64,000 bases of DNA from Octopus sinensis. Lineage: Eukaryota. The notes beneath the pieces are model-generated. The model was not told the origin of the DNA, did no database searches, and saw nothing but the letters and a program-made list of their open reading frames with translations. The position numbers were made by a program, and so were the translations under genes. The first letter of the stretch is position 1. Each line of letters starts with the position of its first letter. The stretch covers positions 2,480,001 through 2,544,000 of the forward strand of contig NC_043008.1 of the NCBI RefSeq assembly GCF_006345805.1. The letters run 5' to 3'. This document shows, in pieces, positions 26,641 to 40,770 of this stretch.

Positions 26641-28248
26641 ATACGGCTTCTTTTTAAATGCCTGCCCTGCGCCATACTTTCACACACTTCATCATCTAGG
26701 AAACCGACAATTTCCAGATATTTCATCGATGAATATCGAATCTGTCCTGTTACTCTCCAACAATCACTACATTAATCCTAATGGTCCGGTCTGAAAATAG
26801 AACGGTTTTATTTATGACAATTAAATTATCGCGTGTAGAATAATGCATATTTGACAATAGATTCGTTTTCATGTGATTGATAATCCAGTTGATGCGGCTA
26901 CTGCTCCTGTTCGTTGTTAATGCTTATCTCATTAACTGCTCTGCTCGTTTAACAGGATGTCCTATGACTTTGACGAATATGACTTTAATTAGGATAGTTG
27001 CCGTTTTGCATGTTTTAATGACGTTGATAATAATAGTGATGTTTGCTTTGGTGAGAAGTATGTTTCTGGTAATATTTGCCTGGTATAGACTCCACAGATA
27101 CGTGCCTATATTGTGTATGAGAACGATTGTCTTTGTATTAACAATTATCTGTCTACAGCTCTGATACTAATGTGCGCGCAGAAAGGCTACCAATTGCTCA
27201 TTGCCGTCCCCTACACTATACTCATGGTTTCAACATATTGATAAGACCCATTAATATAAAACTATTTATATCAGTCCATATTCTTCTACGTCCGTTATAA
27301 GCACACATTACACAACAATTAGATTTCTGAAAGACAGCACTGAGACACATATGCAAAAAACAAATTGTCTTATTTCACCACTGCAGTTTATACTGAATTA
27401 CACGAAGTTTTGGTGAATAGTTCTTCCACTGAAGGGTATCAAGAAGTGAGTTGCATAATGCTCCGAATGAACAAGCACAAGCTCAAACATAAACACGCAA
27501 ATAATTAATATTTTATAAATACTTTTATCGAATGTTCCTGCGAGAATTTCTTGTTGATGGAGGAATACGACTTTATATTTTCCCAGTCTATTCTCTTTCG
27601 ATCAGATCTACATTTTTCGCATCTGTCGGTGCCAATCTCATTCATGTGAAGCAATTTCGGAAACTGTTCGGAAACACCTATGAGAATTAGTACGACTGAA
27701 GGCATGGACGCCTAACCTCTGATGTCTTTTAATTTAAATCATAGAATATGAAGTTACTGCTTATGATTCTGTTATTCGTTATAATTTTCTTTCACTTTTA
27801 GCTCTGTCTCCTGTCAACATCATCGCAAGCAAACAATCTTCAGTTAGATTCTTATTTATGTATTTGTTTTATTTACTGTTTTTGTGATTGATTTCTAATT
27901 GAGATTTTATTTTTTCTAATAATGTCTTCAAATGTTGGCAACATGTCATTAAGTTCGTGTGAAGAGTTAAATTGATTACAACAACACAAGTACTGAAAAC
28001 GTACATATTCTATCGACCCCGAAATATAAGCAAACACAAAGTCAACTACGCTGGAATTCTGTTAGAAAGGAGTAACATCATAGCTGTCGTTGGTAACATT
28101 ATAGGGGTTGTCGATAGCATTAGTAAAATTGGTGATATATTGGCATTGATGAATAAAGTGAGTTTTCCGGTGATGTCAGTAAAAGCAGCTGCATAAGGGG
28201 TAGGGTATTGATAATTAAATGCATAACTTAATATATATGTGTGTAAAC

Positions 28249-28320
<72 letters not shown>

Positions 28321-31300
28321 ATGTATGTATATAGATGTTTCTGTGTATGTGCTTGTGGCTTTGTGCGTACGTATAGCATTTACAGATATACAGTGACATT
28401 TGTACTGTCGAACATGTAGATGTATATGCATAAATGAATGTGTTTCTGTGTGTTTGCGTGAGGAGTTTAAACACAGCTGATTCTAATAAGCGAAAGTCAA
28501 AACGAAATCAAGTTATGGGCTCCCAAATAACATTGCAAATGATAATGACATGTGATGACGATGATGATGACAACGATGACTATCGCTAAGATTTAAATCT
28601 ATAAAAGGATTTGGCAAGGAAGTCCGCTTCTCTATTTAGGAAATATTACCTCTAGTTTTAGTTTACCCATTTTGCCTAGGGTAGCATTTCAAGGATCGAG
28701 ATGCTGCTTTTTATTATGTTTTTAGTTATGAATGCGCGCGTTATGTTTTCATTTTATTTTATGTTTTTATATCTTTTCTTGATTTTCTTATTGTCGGTTC
28801 TGTTATTAGTGATGAAGGGCTGTGGACCTTGCAGAATCAAGTAAGCGTAGGAAAAATGTTTTCAGTCGAAATGAATTATGCCTTACAATTAACCCGGGTC
28901 GATAAAATAAGTCACCATTCAAAAAGCCGGGTTGATGCCTTCGATTAGATCTCGCTTCTCATGAATGTTAGCTTCGTTAATAAGTGATAAATCATGGTTA
29001 GTGACTATGATGAAAGATGGCAATGTATAAGAGCATTTTTGACAAAAAACTGTTTCTTCATTCTTCTGTTCTTATTTCGAATCCCACCAAGATAACGATG
29101 GATTTTCCTTCATCCACTCCTGATAATATAATGTACAAATTAAACCATACGGCTGACATTAACGATTTTACCCCTCCCTGCAAATTAGAAACAACATTAT
29201 GAATGACACAAGGGGCTGTTTTCTTTTTTCTCAATTATACAACTACATCCGATACTTTTAATGTCCACATAGGACAAATATTAATTATTATATGTTATAT
29301 AAATTCTTATCAAATTCTGACGAGATCCACTCAGCCTTTTGTGGTTGATAAAATTACTGGCAGTTCAGTTCGAAGGTCGGTGTAATCGAGTACTTCTCTT
29401 TCTCAAATTAAAAGGTCGTGTGTTTATCATAGAAAAAATATTTAATACTTGCCAAATTATTTAAAGGACCGAAACAAATGAATATAGAAAAAAAAAACGA
29501 AATCATCACATAGCAAGCCCTCTCAATAATTACAGTATTATAAGAAGAGAAATGAAAGCGGAAAATAGATTATGGTAATTATAAGAAAGAAGAGAAAATA
29601 CGTTTTAACGAGATGAAAGAAAGATGAAGAGATAATTATATCAGAATTTAAGGTGACGTATAATTCTATGACATTGACTGGCAACAAGTTTTCGTTGAGA
29701 TATTGCTGCTAACATCAATGTTATTTTTTTCTTTAGTTAGTTCTTTAGTAGTTAGACATCCATAATAAGTAAAAAATTCCAAAGCCTTATTAGGAAGGTG
29801 GCCGTCTTTTTCAAAAGTAATTTTTGTTATGTAATTATATCGCACCATACACACACATATATACAAATGCGTACACATGTGTGTGTGTGTGTGTGTGAAG
29901 AAAGACAGAGAGAAACAGCCAGACAGAGTGACAGAGAAGGAGAGAGAATCTGAGTTAGAGAGACTCTAAACACCAGAAATTCCTCTGATCAAAATACATG
30001 AACAATCAATCCATAGTTCGATGAACCACCTTGCAAAAGACATTGGATTATATTGTAAATAACTGAATATATCTTTTGCAATATAATTCGCGGTGTGATT
30101 CGCAGAGAACAGATGTTTAGAGAGGTGTCTTGATCAGCCGAGTTTCACATGAGACACCCTGCATTTATTCATCCAATTCCTTAAATATAAGCCAAATTTC
30201 ACTAGCATATTGGCTTCGTGAAAGGCAGTTTTGGTACCATGTTGCACTACTGTGTAAGATCCAACGAATAGCATTCCTGCAACTGCGTCTTGGGACGTTC
30301 CATGTATCACCAAGCGTTCTATATGCGTTTTATGCATCTTGTGTACAATTTGTGATGTTTTTCCAAGTGTGTTCCTAATACACGCTCAATTGTCCTTGAA
30401 CTATTTTGCTTTTTCAGTAGCTACATCTTTTCTAAGTCATATTACAAAACCATGTTTCAAAGAAATATTCCTAAACGTCGATTTTATTTGACTATAGACT
30501 TAGTGACTAATTTATTTTCCCCTGTAGCCAAATTGCAAAATAACTTTACCAAACATTAGTATTTCTTATCTCAATGTCCCCATGACTCCGCCACTACCAC
30601 TCATCACAAAAGAATATTGCCATCAGTAATTGGCTAATCCATTTAGTAATGCAATTGACCGCGTTCTGTAGATATATTCAGCGAGATTTTGACATCCTCC
30701 AATCCTCAGGTTTGGGCCAGCGGAGGTTTATTTTTTTATTCATAGCGTCGATTACAAATATATATTTTTATATTCGTTTGCATTTAAAATTATCAAGTTG
30801 CCCTATTCCTGTAATAATAATTATGATAATTATGCGTCCCTAGAGCATTATTATGCTAATCAGATCAACGTATTTACCAAAATGTCTACTATTTGGTGGT
30901 TAAGATAGCTATAAGTAGAAATGATGGGCTATTCTCATATCTGAGTATTTAAGAACTGATAACGTTTCTGTCGCTGGAGGTAATATAAGATAAAATTGTT
31001 ATTTTTAATGGTTTTTCTGTTGTTGTTTCACACAGCTGACTACGCTGTTGTCGTTACTGCTGATGTAGTGTTGTTGTTGATGATTTTAGTAACAATTCAT
31101 AATTTTCATATTTGTTCCATTCGTTCCAGTCATACCAATATAGTCTTTATAAAGATATATCATAAAATGAGAGAGTAACATAACTGTTTTGTCTTCCTCT
31201 TTCTTCCTTTTTGGCCGTTTTACAACGCTTCACTTGAGCAGTAGAGAAATTTCTTTGCTCGAAAATTATTGAAACTTCTACTGAACGCAGGTAAAACACA

Positions 31301-32099
31301 AACTAGTATATTATTCTCACACCTAAGACCACAGTGATGCTACTGTCGCTGCTCAGATATAGGCGTGCCTGATCACATTCAGAAATGTTCAATACACTAA
31401 ATGGTAGAAAGCCAATCGCGGATATATCTCAGCTTTTGTCCTACAAGGAAGCGGTTTATTTTTTTCCTTTTATTCCTCAGCTACACAAACGTCTGCTACT
31501 TGGAAGTGATTCGTTTCATATAATATCCAGTCACTGAGTCCTTTTCAATTCCTAGCAAGCCAAACGAAGCGCTCTTCATTTACCCTATGCATTTCTTCCT
31601 AGCAATTAAGATCGCAGGGATTACCAACCAGCTAACCACTTATGCCTTCAATTTACAAGTTCTTAATCATTGATTGGAAAGAGCTGCGATATTCAGACAC
31701 AATAAACCTTAATACCGACAAAGGATATAACCAGAAACAATTTGAATACTACAGAAACATTAAAATATTCTGTTGTTAGGGGTTACATGACTTTAGTTTC
31801 TTGCATTACGGTCCGCTAAATATCAATGTTATTAGTTCTTCTGTTACTGTCGATTAGTACACGGGAACTATCATCGATATCAAAATCTACGGTATCTTCA
31901 GACGTGTTGATAATTACAACGGTGTTGATAAGGGTGTCGACAGAATGACGGCTTTCTTGGCTGGTGTTTATAAATGCATTACAATTGTTATTTTTGTTAA
32001 TAATGATGTTGGAGCTCAACGTGCTAATCAGTGAAATGGCTGGTCTTTTAAACACATAGAGTATAAATTCACATACGGAGTTATACACGTTTACGAGTT

Positions 32100-32148
32100 T
32101 ATATGTGTGTGCGATTGTGTGCGTGTTTGAGTGTATATATATGTATAC

Positions 32149-32221
<73 letters not shown>

Positions 32222-32454
32222 GCATACATACATATATACATGCATATATATGTCATGTATGTATGCATATATATGTGTATATGTAAAAATATATGTATAT
32301 GTATTTGTGTCTATATATGTATATATATATATATACGCATATATATATATATATATATATATACCCACATACATGCATGTATGCATACGTAAATAGACAT
32401 AAGCTAACACACGTATGTGCATACAACTCTCTATCTATCCATATGTATATATAT

Positions 32455-32491
<37 letters not shown>

Positions 32492-32620
32492 GGTACACAC
32501 ATATATATCTCTCTCTCTATATATATATATACATATATATATATCAATGTATGTATGCATGCCTGTGTGTGTATGCATGTCAGTGAGAAACATTGTATAT
32601 GTTCGCATATATGTGCATGT
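32100..32620. repeat. Long compound (TA)n/(TG)n/(CA)n microsatellite block
   Basis: Direct inspection. It is the source of many IY-repeat ORFs. Confidence 0.95.
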
Positions 32621-34249
32621 GTGAAGCCACGCATATAAGAAAGATTTTTGTTAATGAAAGATTTACGCGTAACCTCGTTAATTTTAGCAGGTGATATGTG
32701 AGTATTTTAAACTGAACGCTTTTGAATTTGACAAAAATGAAGTTATAACATCAGAAATTGAATACTTCCTAAACTATAAAGTATTACCAATGAAAAGTTT
32801 CGGGTATTTTAAGCACATCTCATTACAAAAGTTCTGAGCTGTTTCCATCCTTTAGTGCTCTCCTGAGATTTATTACATCAGCGTCGTCGCTGGCAACTAT
32901 GGTGGAGCTGAAAATGTAGAAGTCTACATAAAGTTACAATTGAAGATGGTATTGTCATTCAAATTCATTCTAGCTTTTGGAGAAATGTATTCAATACCCT
33001 GTCAACTATAGCCAGTCACTTTGTTTTACAACCGTGGGCACTGAATCGGTTTGTACATTTTATTTCATATTTTATTCCCTTAAGATTGAAGAATTTTATT
33101 CGAGAGTATTTCGAGGCAGTGTCCAGTTTGTCGCTGAGTTTTTCCGTCTCCCATATTTTACCGTGATAAGTATATTTTACTGCTGCTGAGGTTGCCATTG
33201 CTGTTGCTATTACCCTGTCCTTCATAAGGATGTTTAATTTTTTCTTTTGCTAGAAATGGTCTACGAAGTACAGCTTGCGAAGGGAAGTTTTGTAAACATT
33301 TGTTTTAATATATATTCAGACGTGATACTCTTGTTCAAATCAATAACTATTACCGTGTTAGCTTAGCGGGTATTTTCAGTTAAAGCAATATTTGTCGCAG
33401 CGGTTAGTGTTCTTTTTTTGTTTTTTGTAGGTGCATAAGTGCCAGGATAATGATATCTGTATTACTTATAACACTATTACTACTGCAAATTCCGTAAACA
33501 GTAAACCATAATTAGATCATCACTTCCATTCCAATCTCACGTTTTGTACCTCTGTATATTGATGTATTTTCCTCTCTCTTGAAAGGTGTATGTGTGTGTG
33601 TGTAATTAATTGATTAATTGTGATATACTTATGTAGAAATTGAAATAAAAAAGATCAAATGATAATTGAAAGCAATATAACGACTTAATAATCCCTGTTA
33701 GGAGGAATGATCAAGAGCAAAATGATAAGCACTGCAAAACAGAATGAAAACATTACGCAGATAAGAGATGTGACAATTATATAGATGAGAGAGATAAAAT
33801 AACGTTTGATGAAGAATCAAGAAAGATGAAGAGATATTTATACACCAATAATATTATTGACACAGGAAACCTTTTTTATTGATCATAACATACAAGCGTA
33901 TTGATAGGTTTCTGCTTAAAATTATTTCATACTTAATGTCGCCAAACTGCACAGGAAAGTGTCAAAGTACTACTTTCCTCGCTGAAGGATACAAACTATT
34001 ATTTATTTAAATCAACCTAGCATGCTATTAGAAAAACAAACAAATGTCAGACGATTCTAGTTCTACATGGGCATTCCGAAATGTTACTTGCATTTAGGCA
34101 CGTATAGTCTATGAACACGAATACACAGCATTAGTATTAATATATTTGCAGGTACTTCAGTCTCGTTGGCATATATTAATATATGTGAATGGTATTTAAG
34201 AAAAATTGATAGGTGGAGGAGAAAAGAAGGAGAGCCAAAGGAGAAACAC

Positions 34250-34580
34250 GTTTGGATTACTGAGGGAGTGAAATGGAGAGTAGCAGTTATGAGAGAGCGT
34301 GTAAAGCGCAAGATAATGTACAGAGCGTAACGGAAGGGATGTGTAAGATAGGATAATACAGAATCGAAAATCATGACAAATGAGGAGGTTGTGCAGGCAA
34401 TAGATGAGGAAAGTGATGTTGCTTGCCTAATTCGCTTTGGAGAAAAAGAGACGACTGAAGTAAAGACACACATCGAAGGAGCAAGTGGTGATAGGATGAC
34501 GAAAGTATCCAAAAGAAAAATGCATAAATTGAGAGGTATAGTTTGAAAATGTCGCTTAAAACGGTGCACATTTGAGCGGT
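34250..34580 (+). mobile_element. Possible degraded RTE-like LINE 3' ORF remnant
   Basis: Purine-rich. Across frames it reads ...MTNEEVVQAI...KRRLK*RH / HIEG..DRMTKV..., resembling 'NEEV...RRLKWFGHVERMxxDRxxK' after the RTE-clade RT domain. It contains many stops and frameshifts. Confidence 0.35.
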
Positions 34581-36985
34581 AGACTAGGGAATCGAATAAA
34601 CGAAGAAAAGAAAGGCCAGACTTTTACATATAATTGGAATGGAAAATAAAGAGGACACTAAAAGAATAAGAAATGGCGACGTATCACGTTTGATTACGTT
34701 CAGTGTCAGGGACAGTGTAATGTATGTAGACTATGTAGTAGACATATAAACAGGGCTCATTCAGTTATTTCTCGGTGGTTTAACAAATTGGTAAACATCC
34801 TTAATCGATTGTCGAGTTATACTGAATTCTACGTTACATACCATAACTATTAACACTATTCAATAGCAGAAACATTTCAGCGAGGATCTGTGCTCAAGTG
34901 GCCCAGTAGACATTTAAAATCTATTATAAAGTTGATAAACAAAATAAACAGAAACCCAGACGGAACATTCTCGTAAAAAGTATTGTGAAGCAAAAAGCAT
35001 AATAGGGAGATGTTCTATATATATGCATATGTATGAAATAGTGTACGTATTTATGCACAAAAGAGGTGACCTTTAACAGGACACCTCACATGCTTGAAAG
35101 GGTAGTTAAAGACCAAACCACGAATAAGAGTAGTTTCAAAGGCAATGAAAAATAAAAAATATTTCTATAGTTACCCCTAGACTCATGTTTCTGCATTACT
35201 GTGCAACTAAATTAATTTGCCACCCGTGCTTCATCAGTAAGGGCGCTAAGATTAATGCATATTTAGGCAGCACGGAGTATACACATGCTAAATAATTATG
35301 CATTCTAATTGTATATATATATATATTATATATATATATATATATATTCATTAATCAACGACGTTGATTAATGATCAAGCTTTACCTATCAGAATAATTG
35401 TTTGTTAAATACAATATAGTACAAATAAAAATAGTAACTCTTAATTGCTTTCTTATTATTTAATTATTGATTAATTATTTATCAATCTAAAGTAAAGAAA
35501 GATAATAAAGACAATTTAGGTATTATTTCGTAAACAAGCATCAACTTTCTATACGGGAATGTTATGATGTGTTTTGATATGAAGAAAACAACAGAACCCA
35601 CAAGAGAGAGATGAGCCAAATGGTTGGAGTTAATTTCATCTGAAATGTTTGATCAGGCCTTGTTGATGATATTAAATAATGATGACGATATAATATTAGG
35701 TATCGGCGTATCTCCTGATCAACGAAAACTTCTCAAAGATCTATATTACGCGTTTTCTTTCCATAGCTATGTTTTAGTCAGCCGTCCTTACGTTAAATTA
35801 TTTTTAACTTGTACCAAAGACATATTTATTCGTAAGTAAATGTACCGCTTTTCCTCCCCACAAAAGAACGCCATCGTTTTCAGTGACGATATCGTTGACG
35901 AAGCTGATTCTACGGTTCTCAGAACACCAAAGCTGTTCATCATTGAGCTTGGTTAATGTGGGATAAGTTTCGCAAATTTAATCTAGACAATACTTAATCT
36001 ATAAAGAAGTGCCATGAGTGCATAGCGCTTCTCTACAGGAACCAAGAGAAACACAACCAAATTTCTTTTCTCGTAAATATTGTTGGTATATAAAGTGTAC
36101 ATTTTCTACCTGTTCCTTTGGAACGGAGAGCAATAAGATGCACCTGTGTGATATTTGTACAACCCTCAAAGTGTGAAACCGTCTCAAACTGTGCTCTAGC
36201 CGCTCATAACTTTCGTGTATACGTTGAACACTGGTAATTTCCCTTACTTTCAGACAAGGGAATTATTAATTATAACAAAATATGCGCTCACTTTGAAAGA
36301 GAGTCTTTCTGCGTTGAAACGAATTGACTGCAAAATCAGTGCATGTTTCTTGAATAATATCTCAGCGAATTAAATAAATAAACATATAGCCTTAATATTG
36401 ATAGATGTTTGTCATAGCTATCAATTCATAATTTGACAGCTGAATAAAGAGTAATGAATCAGCAAGATAAACAACGGCAACAAGTTAAACTGAAACAGCA
36501 TTTACACGGAATAGCTAAAACAGGAGCTTCGATATCATTACTCAACTTGCTGAAAAGAGTAGCCAAATGCTCTTCAAAAGGGATGGATACCCGTCATGGA
36601 TTATATAACTATATCGTATTATCTACGCAATACGACAAACATGTTTGATCAGAGTTACAATACGCCCACACACACACAGCCACACACACACATATACACA
36701 CACAAACATATACACACAGAAACACACAAAAACTCACACACTCTCTCTCACTTTCTCCTAATTCGTCCCCCTCTTTTACTATCCTATATCTCTCCCCACT
36801 GCCACACATTCAATAATACTATAAAAAGAGACGAATCCTCTCAAACACATTCAAATCTGGAGGTTCTACTAGAGTAGATGCCAGCGCTATTATATGATTT
36901 ATAAAAAACTATGACATATTAATAAAAGTTTGTAAATATAAAACCATCCAGATATCTGAGTACCTTATTTATTCTAATATATATA

Positions 36986-37059
<74 letters not shown>

Positions 37060-37375
37060 TATATATGTGTATATATATATATATTCTTCTCTTCCTGTTT
37101 TCGATTTGACATTACATTCCCAGCTTTTAAGTCACTTTAAATGAACTCCATTCAATAATACCGTGTACAAACTCTATACTTGGAATGACCAATTTTAAAT
37201 ACTATTGGAAGTTACTCACAAAGTATTGGAATCTTATATTTATACCATTCTGCCTAAATAATGAATCTACGGATGCAATATCTCTGCATATCGCACGTCT
37301 ATTTTCATTCCTCCACTTCACCCTCTATTTCATATCTTATCTGGAATAACTACTGCTTAACCATTTTCTCACACC

Positions 37376-37423
37376 GTCGCCAATGAAGGGATATACAATT
37401 ATCCCTGAAACAGCTGTAATACC
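37376..37423 (+). ncRNA. Degenerate minimal type I hammerhead motif (family C), probably Penelope-like
   Basis: gtcg-CCAATGA-AGGGATA-tacaat-TATCCCT-GAAA-CAGCTG-TA-atacc: perfect 7-bp stem II, palindromic ACAGCTGT stem III, GUA site. The core differs from CUGAUGA at two positions and stem I is weak. Confidence 0.6.
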
Positions 37424-39644
37424 TTCTATTTATAAGCGTTCTAAAATCTTTAACAGCCTTGGATTTTTATCCCATTCTGAATTTTTTATATATACACATG
37501 CTGATATATGACCAACGTTGGACTCCCCATTCTGAACTTGTAAGTTAACTATAGTCTACCCATAGCACGTACTCAGCATTACCTGACACCTTTGGGTCTT
37601 ATTGATACCATTACCTCTCATAAACTCTCTCTCTCTCTCTATCTTTCTCTCTTTCTCTCTTTATCTCTCTCTCTCTCTCTCATACATTCATTCAAATTTG
37701 CTACATTCGCTCTATTATTAATGAATGGGTCTCTTTCTTACTTTTAATTTCACTTTTTAGATTTTCTGCTTCTTAGAATGAAATTTTCACAAATTATTGC
37801 TGGCTTTGGTAGTATAATGATATTCCCAGTCATTGCATCACAAATTTTTATCCGTCCACTTATCTGGTTTAGTGTCACCACATCACATCTAGGAATATTG
37901 CTTCAAACATGTTATAATTACAATTATTTTCTGAGACGTGTTTCACTCTTTAAATTTCCCTTGTCACCATTTTCTTCAAGTGTTTGTTTGGAGAATATCA
38001 TTTCTCTTTGTAATACTATAAGAATTGGTTTGTGTGTATTTCTGTTATCTCCTCTTTGAAATTGTTGCCAGCAATTCTTCCAAATGATTCAGATATTTTG
38101 TTCATGATGTAAAAATGCTTATACTTTCTCTTCGTAGCATTTTTGTTTTCTTTTATATCATCACAATGTCGTACATTTGAATTGGAATTAAATAAAGAAA
38201 CATAGCAGTGATTACGCTATTCATATTATGGCACAATATGTATGGAACCAAAAACAAATTGATTCTATGGTTAAACAGACTTTCCAGAAGCTATTACCAT
38301 CTATTTATTCATTTCTTGGCGTTGCTGGTCAAATGCATTGCTGTCAAAATTGTAATGAAAATAGCGGTAGCCTGCTTTCATGTTTGGCTTTCATAGTATC
38401 TTAGATACAAGACTATACACGTAAACGTGTTCTGTTCTGTCACGCCACGGCATCTTATATGCTGAACAACACTTGCGATGAAATCACGGAAATACTCATA
38501 GGTCATCGTACTAAATATAGATTTTGGCTAATTACTACGCAAATGATATCTTTGAGACATTTTCTTCGTTCATGATGACCATTTGACAAATTTAAAGTTA
38601 TTAATTACCACATATCCTTGTATGGTAATTGTGTCACTAATCCATCAATGGAGAAGGGTTTATGCGTCACCTCATAAGACAAGTTAGCATCAAAACTATT
38701 CCGTTGTCCCCAAGGTCGACAGTCAAAGGAACTAAATTGTATGAAGGAACCACGTTTTCGCATGTTGTTTCAAATATATTGTATACAAAAGTATATTTGC
38801 AAACGTAACCCTGTTTATTATTACTCTCTAAACATTGTTAATCGTTGTGGAGATCTCTGTTAAAAAGTATGTCAAAAATAACTTCGCTACGTTCCTTGTA
38901 TTAGCTGAAATCTCTGTTTAATTGCTAAAATATTCATAGATATTCTATCTTTGACAACATACTTTCTAACAGATGTACAGGGCTCCTTTATCTATGCCCA
39001 TGGTAGATCCAGCTGCCTGAAACCAAACTATCCGCGCCAGAGAGCACTTTTCGATGAAAGGAACATTAAAAATTGTACATATCGATATTTTGCTTGTTTC
39101 CAACAATAGTAAAAGATAGTAAAAGATAGTAAACCTATAAGCAAACACTTCACGTTCCTAAAAGAAAGTCATTCCATATTTAGACGTAGGCAATCCAGAC
39201 GTCAGTTTCAAGTGGGTTCATTTTGTTTGTTTTTAAGTATATGTTACTTGATTTCCACTATATTTAGCGAAACAAAAAGACGAGTCAATACGAAAGCGGA
39301 AATACTCACTGGTAAAATAAAATAAGTATCAAATCACACAAGGTTAAAAAATAATCCCAAATAATGTAACGCGTTTAACATATTAAAAGTAAAAAATTGC
39401 ATAAGAATAACGATACCAAAAATAATCATAAGAGCAATTTAAATCCGCTTTGGATATATATTAGTTTTATATCCAACATTCATATCATTTCTGTATTTAT
39501 GTCTTAAAGAATATACACGTTATATAACCACCATTTTCTTGCTATATCATTGTGTTTAAATTACCAATATTCTAAACGCGAAGATGCCAAATTTATCAAA
39601 AGATTTAACGCCTTTTGAAACTGATAGGACTGAAATTACATATG

Positions 39645-39727
39645 AGTATAAATATATATAATATATATATATATATATATACATAAGTTTATATATATAA
39701 ATAAGTGTATAGATATGCACATATATA

Positions 39728-39778
<51 letters not shown>

Positions 39779-39970
39779 ACTTGCATATATTTATGTATAA
39801 ATATATAAATATATATATATATATACATACAAAAATATATTTATATATATAAATTTAAATATAAATATATATATATATACATGTATAATGATTCATGCAT
39901 GTTTAACATATATACATATATATACATGTATAATGATTCATGTATGTTTAACATATATACATATATATAC
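39645..39970. repeat. (TA)n block ending in a ~44-bp tandem duplication
   Basis: CATGTATAATGATTCATG(C/T)ATGTTTAACATATATACATATATATA occurs twice in tandem at ~39879-39968. Confidence 0.85.
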
Positions 39971-40495
39971 ACATATAATGTCCATACATAATGTTATCAT
40001 TCTTTTCTAAATATATTTCTTATCTAAATTAAATTTATCTACCCGTCCTTTTGACATTTATTTGTGTGCTTGCTGCGGTATGTATACAAGATGTTTAACG
40101 TAAATATGCAGCCGTTGTAGTATGTGTGTCTAGTTTTCTCCTTCCATCTAATATTCGAGTCCATACAATCAAATTTGTATATTTATCCACTTTATTACGC
40201 AGCATGTTGTAATATCACTCGGAATATATGATAGATGATTACTTCATGGAAATTATATTTTTCACTTATTTCTGTCTCACTCTTTATGTCTAAAACTCAC
40301 TTTCTCAGTCGTTTTCTGTTAGATCACACACACGCACACATATATATGTACATACATACATATATAAATATATATATGTATATATATATACATACACACA
40401 CACACACACACACATATGTATATATATGTATGTATGTATGCACGCATACATATACCTATATATACATTTATAAGTACATATATATGTGTACACAC

Positions 40496-40546
<51 letters not shown>

Positions 40547-40723
40547 AAGATAAAGACAGAGAGAGAAAACACCGAAAGAGTGAACAGAGAGAGAAATAAG
40601 TACATGAGTCTTCATATTTATACATATACTCAAGCATGCAGATGTACATTTATTTATTTATTAAACATATTCATTTTTTATATACATTGGTATATATACA
40701 CATACCGATATTTAACTCTCTCT

Positions 40724-40770
<47 letters not shown>

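Noticed and set aside
33431-33493. Strong acceptor followed by the signal-peptide-like MISVLLITLLLLQIP
   Set aside because: The donor is weak (GTAAAC), there is an in-frame stop if unspliced, and no downstream exons were found.
35205-35245. CTGATGAAGCACGGGTGGCAAA on minus as a hammerhead
   Set aside because: GAAA is absent, and there is no stem III, cleavage triplet or stem I partner.
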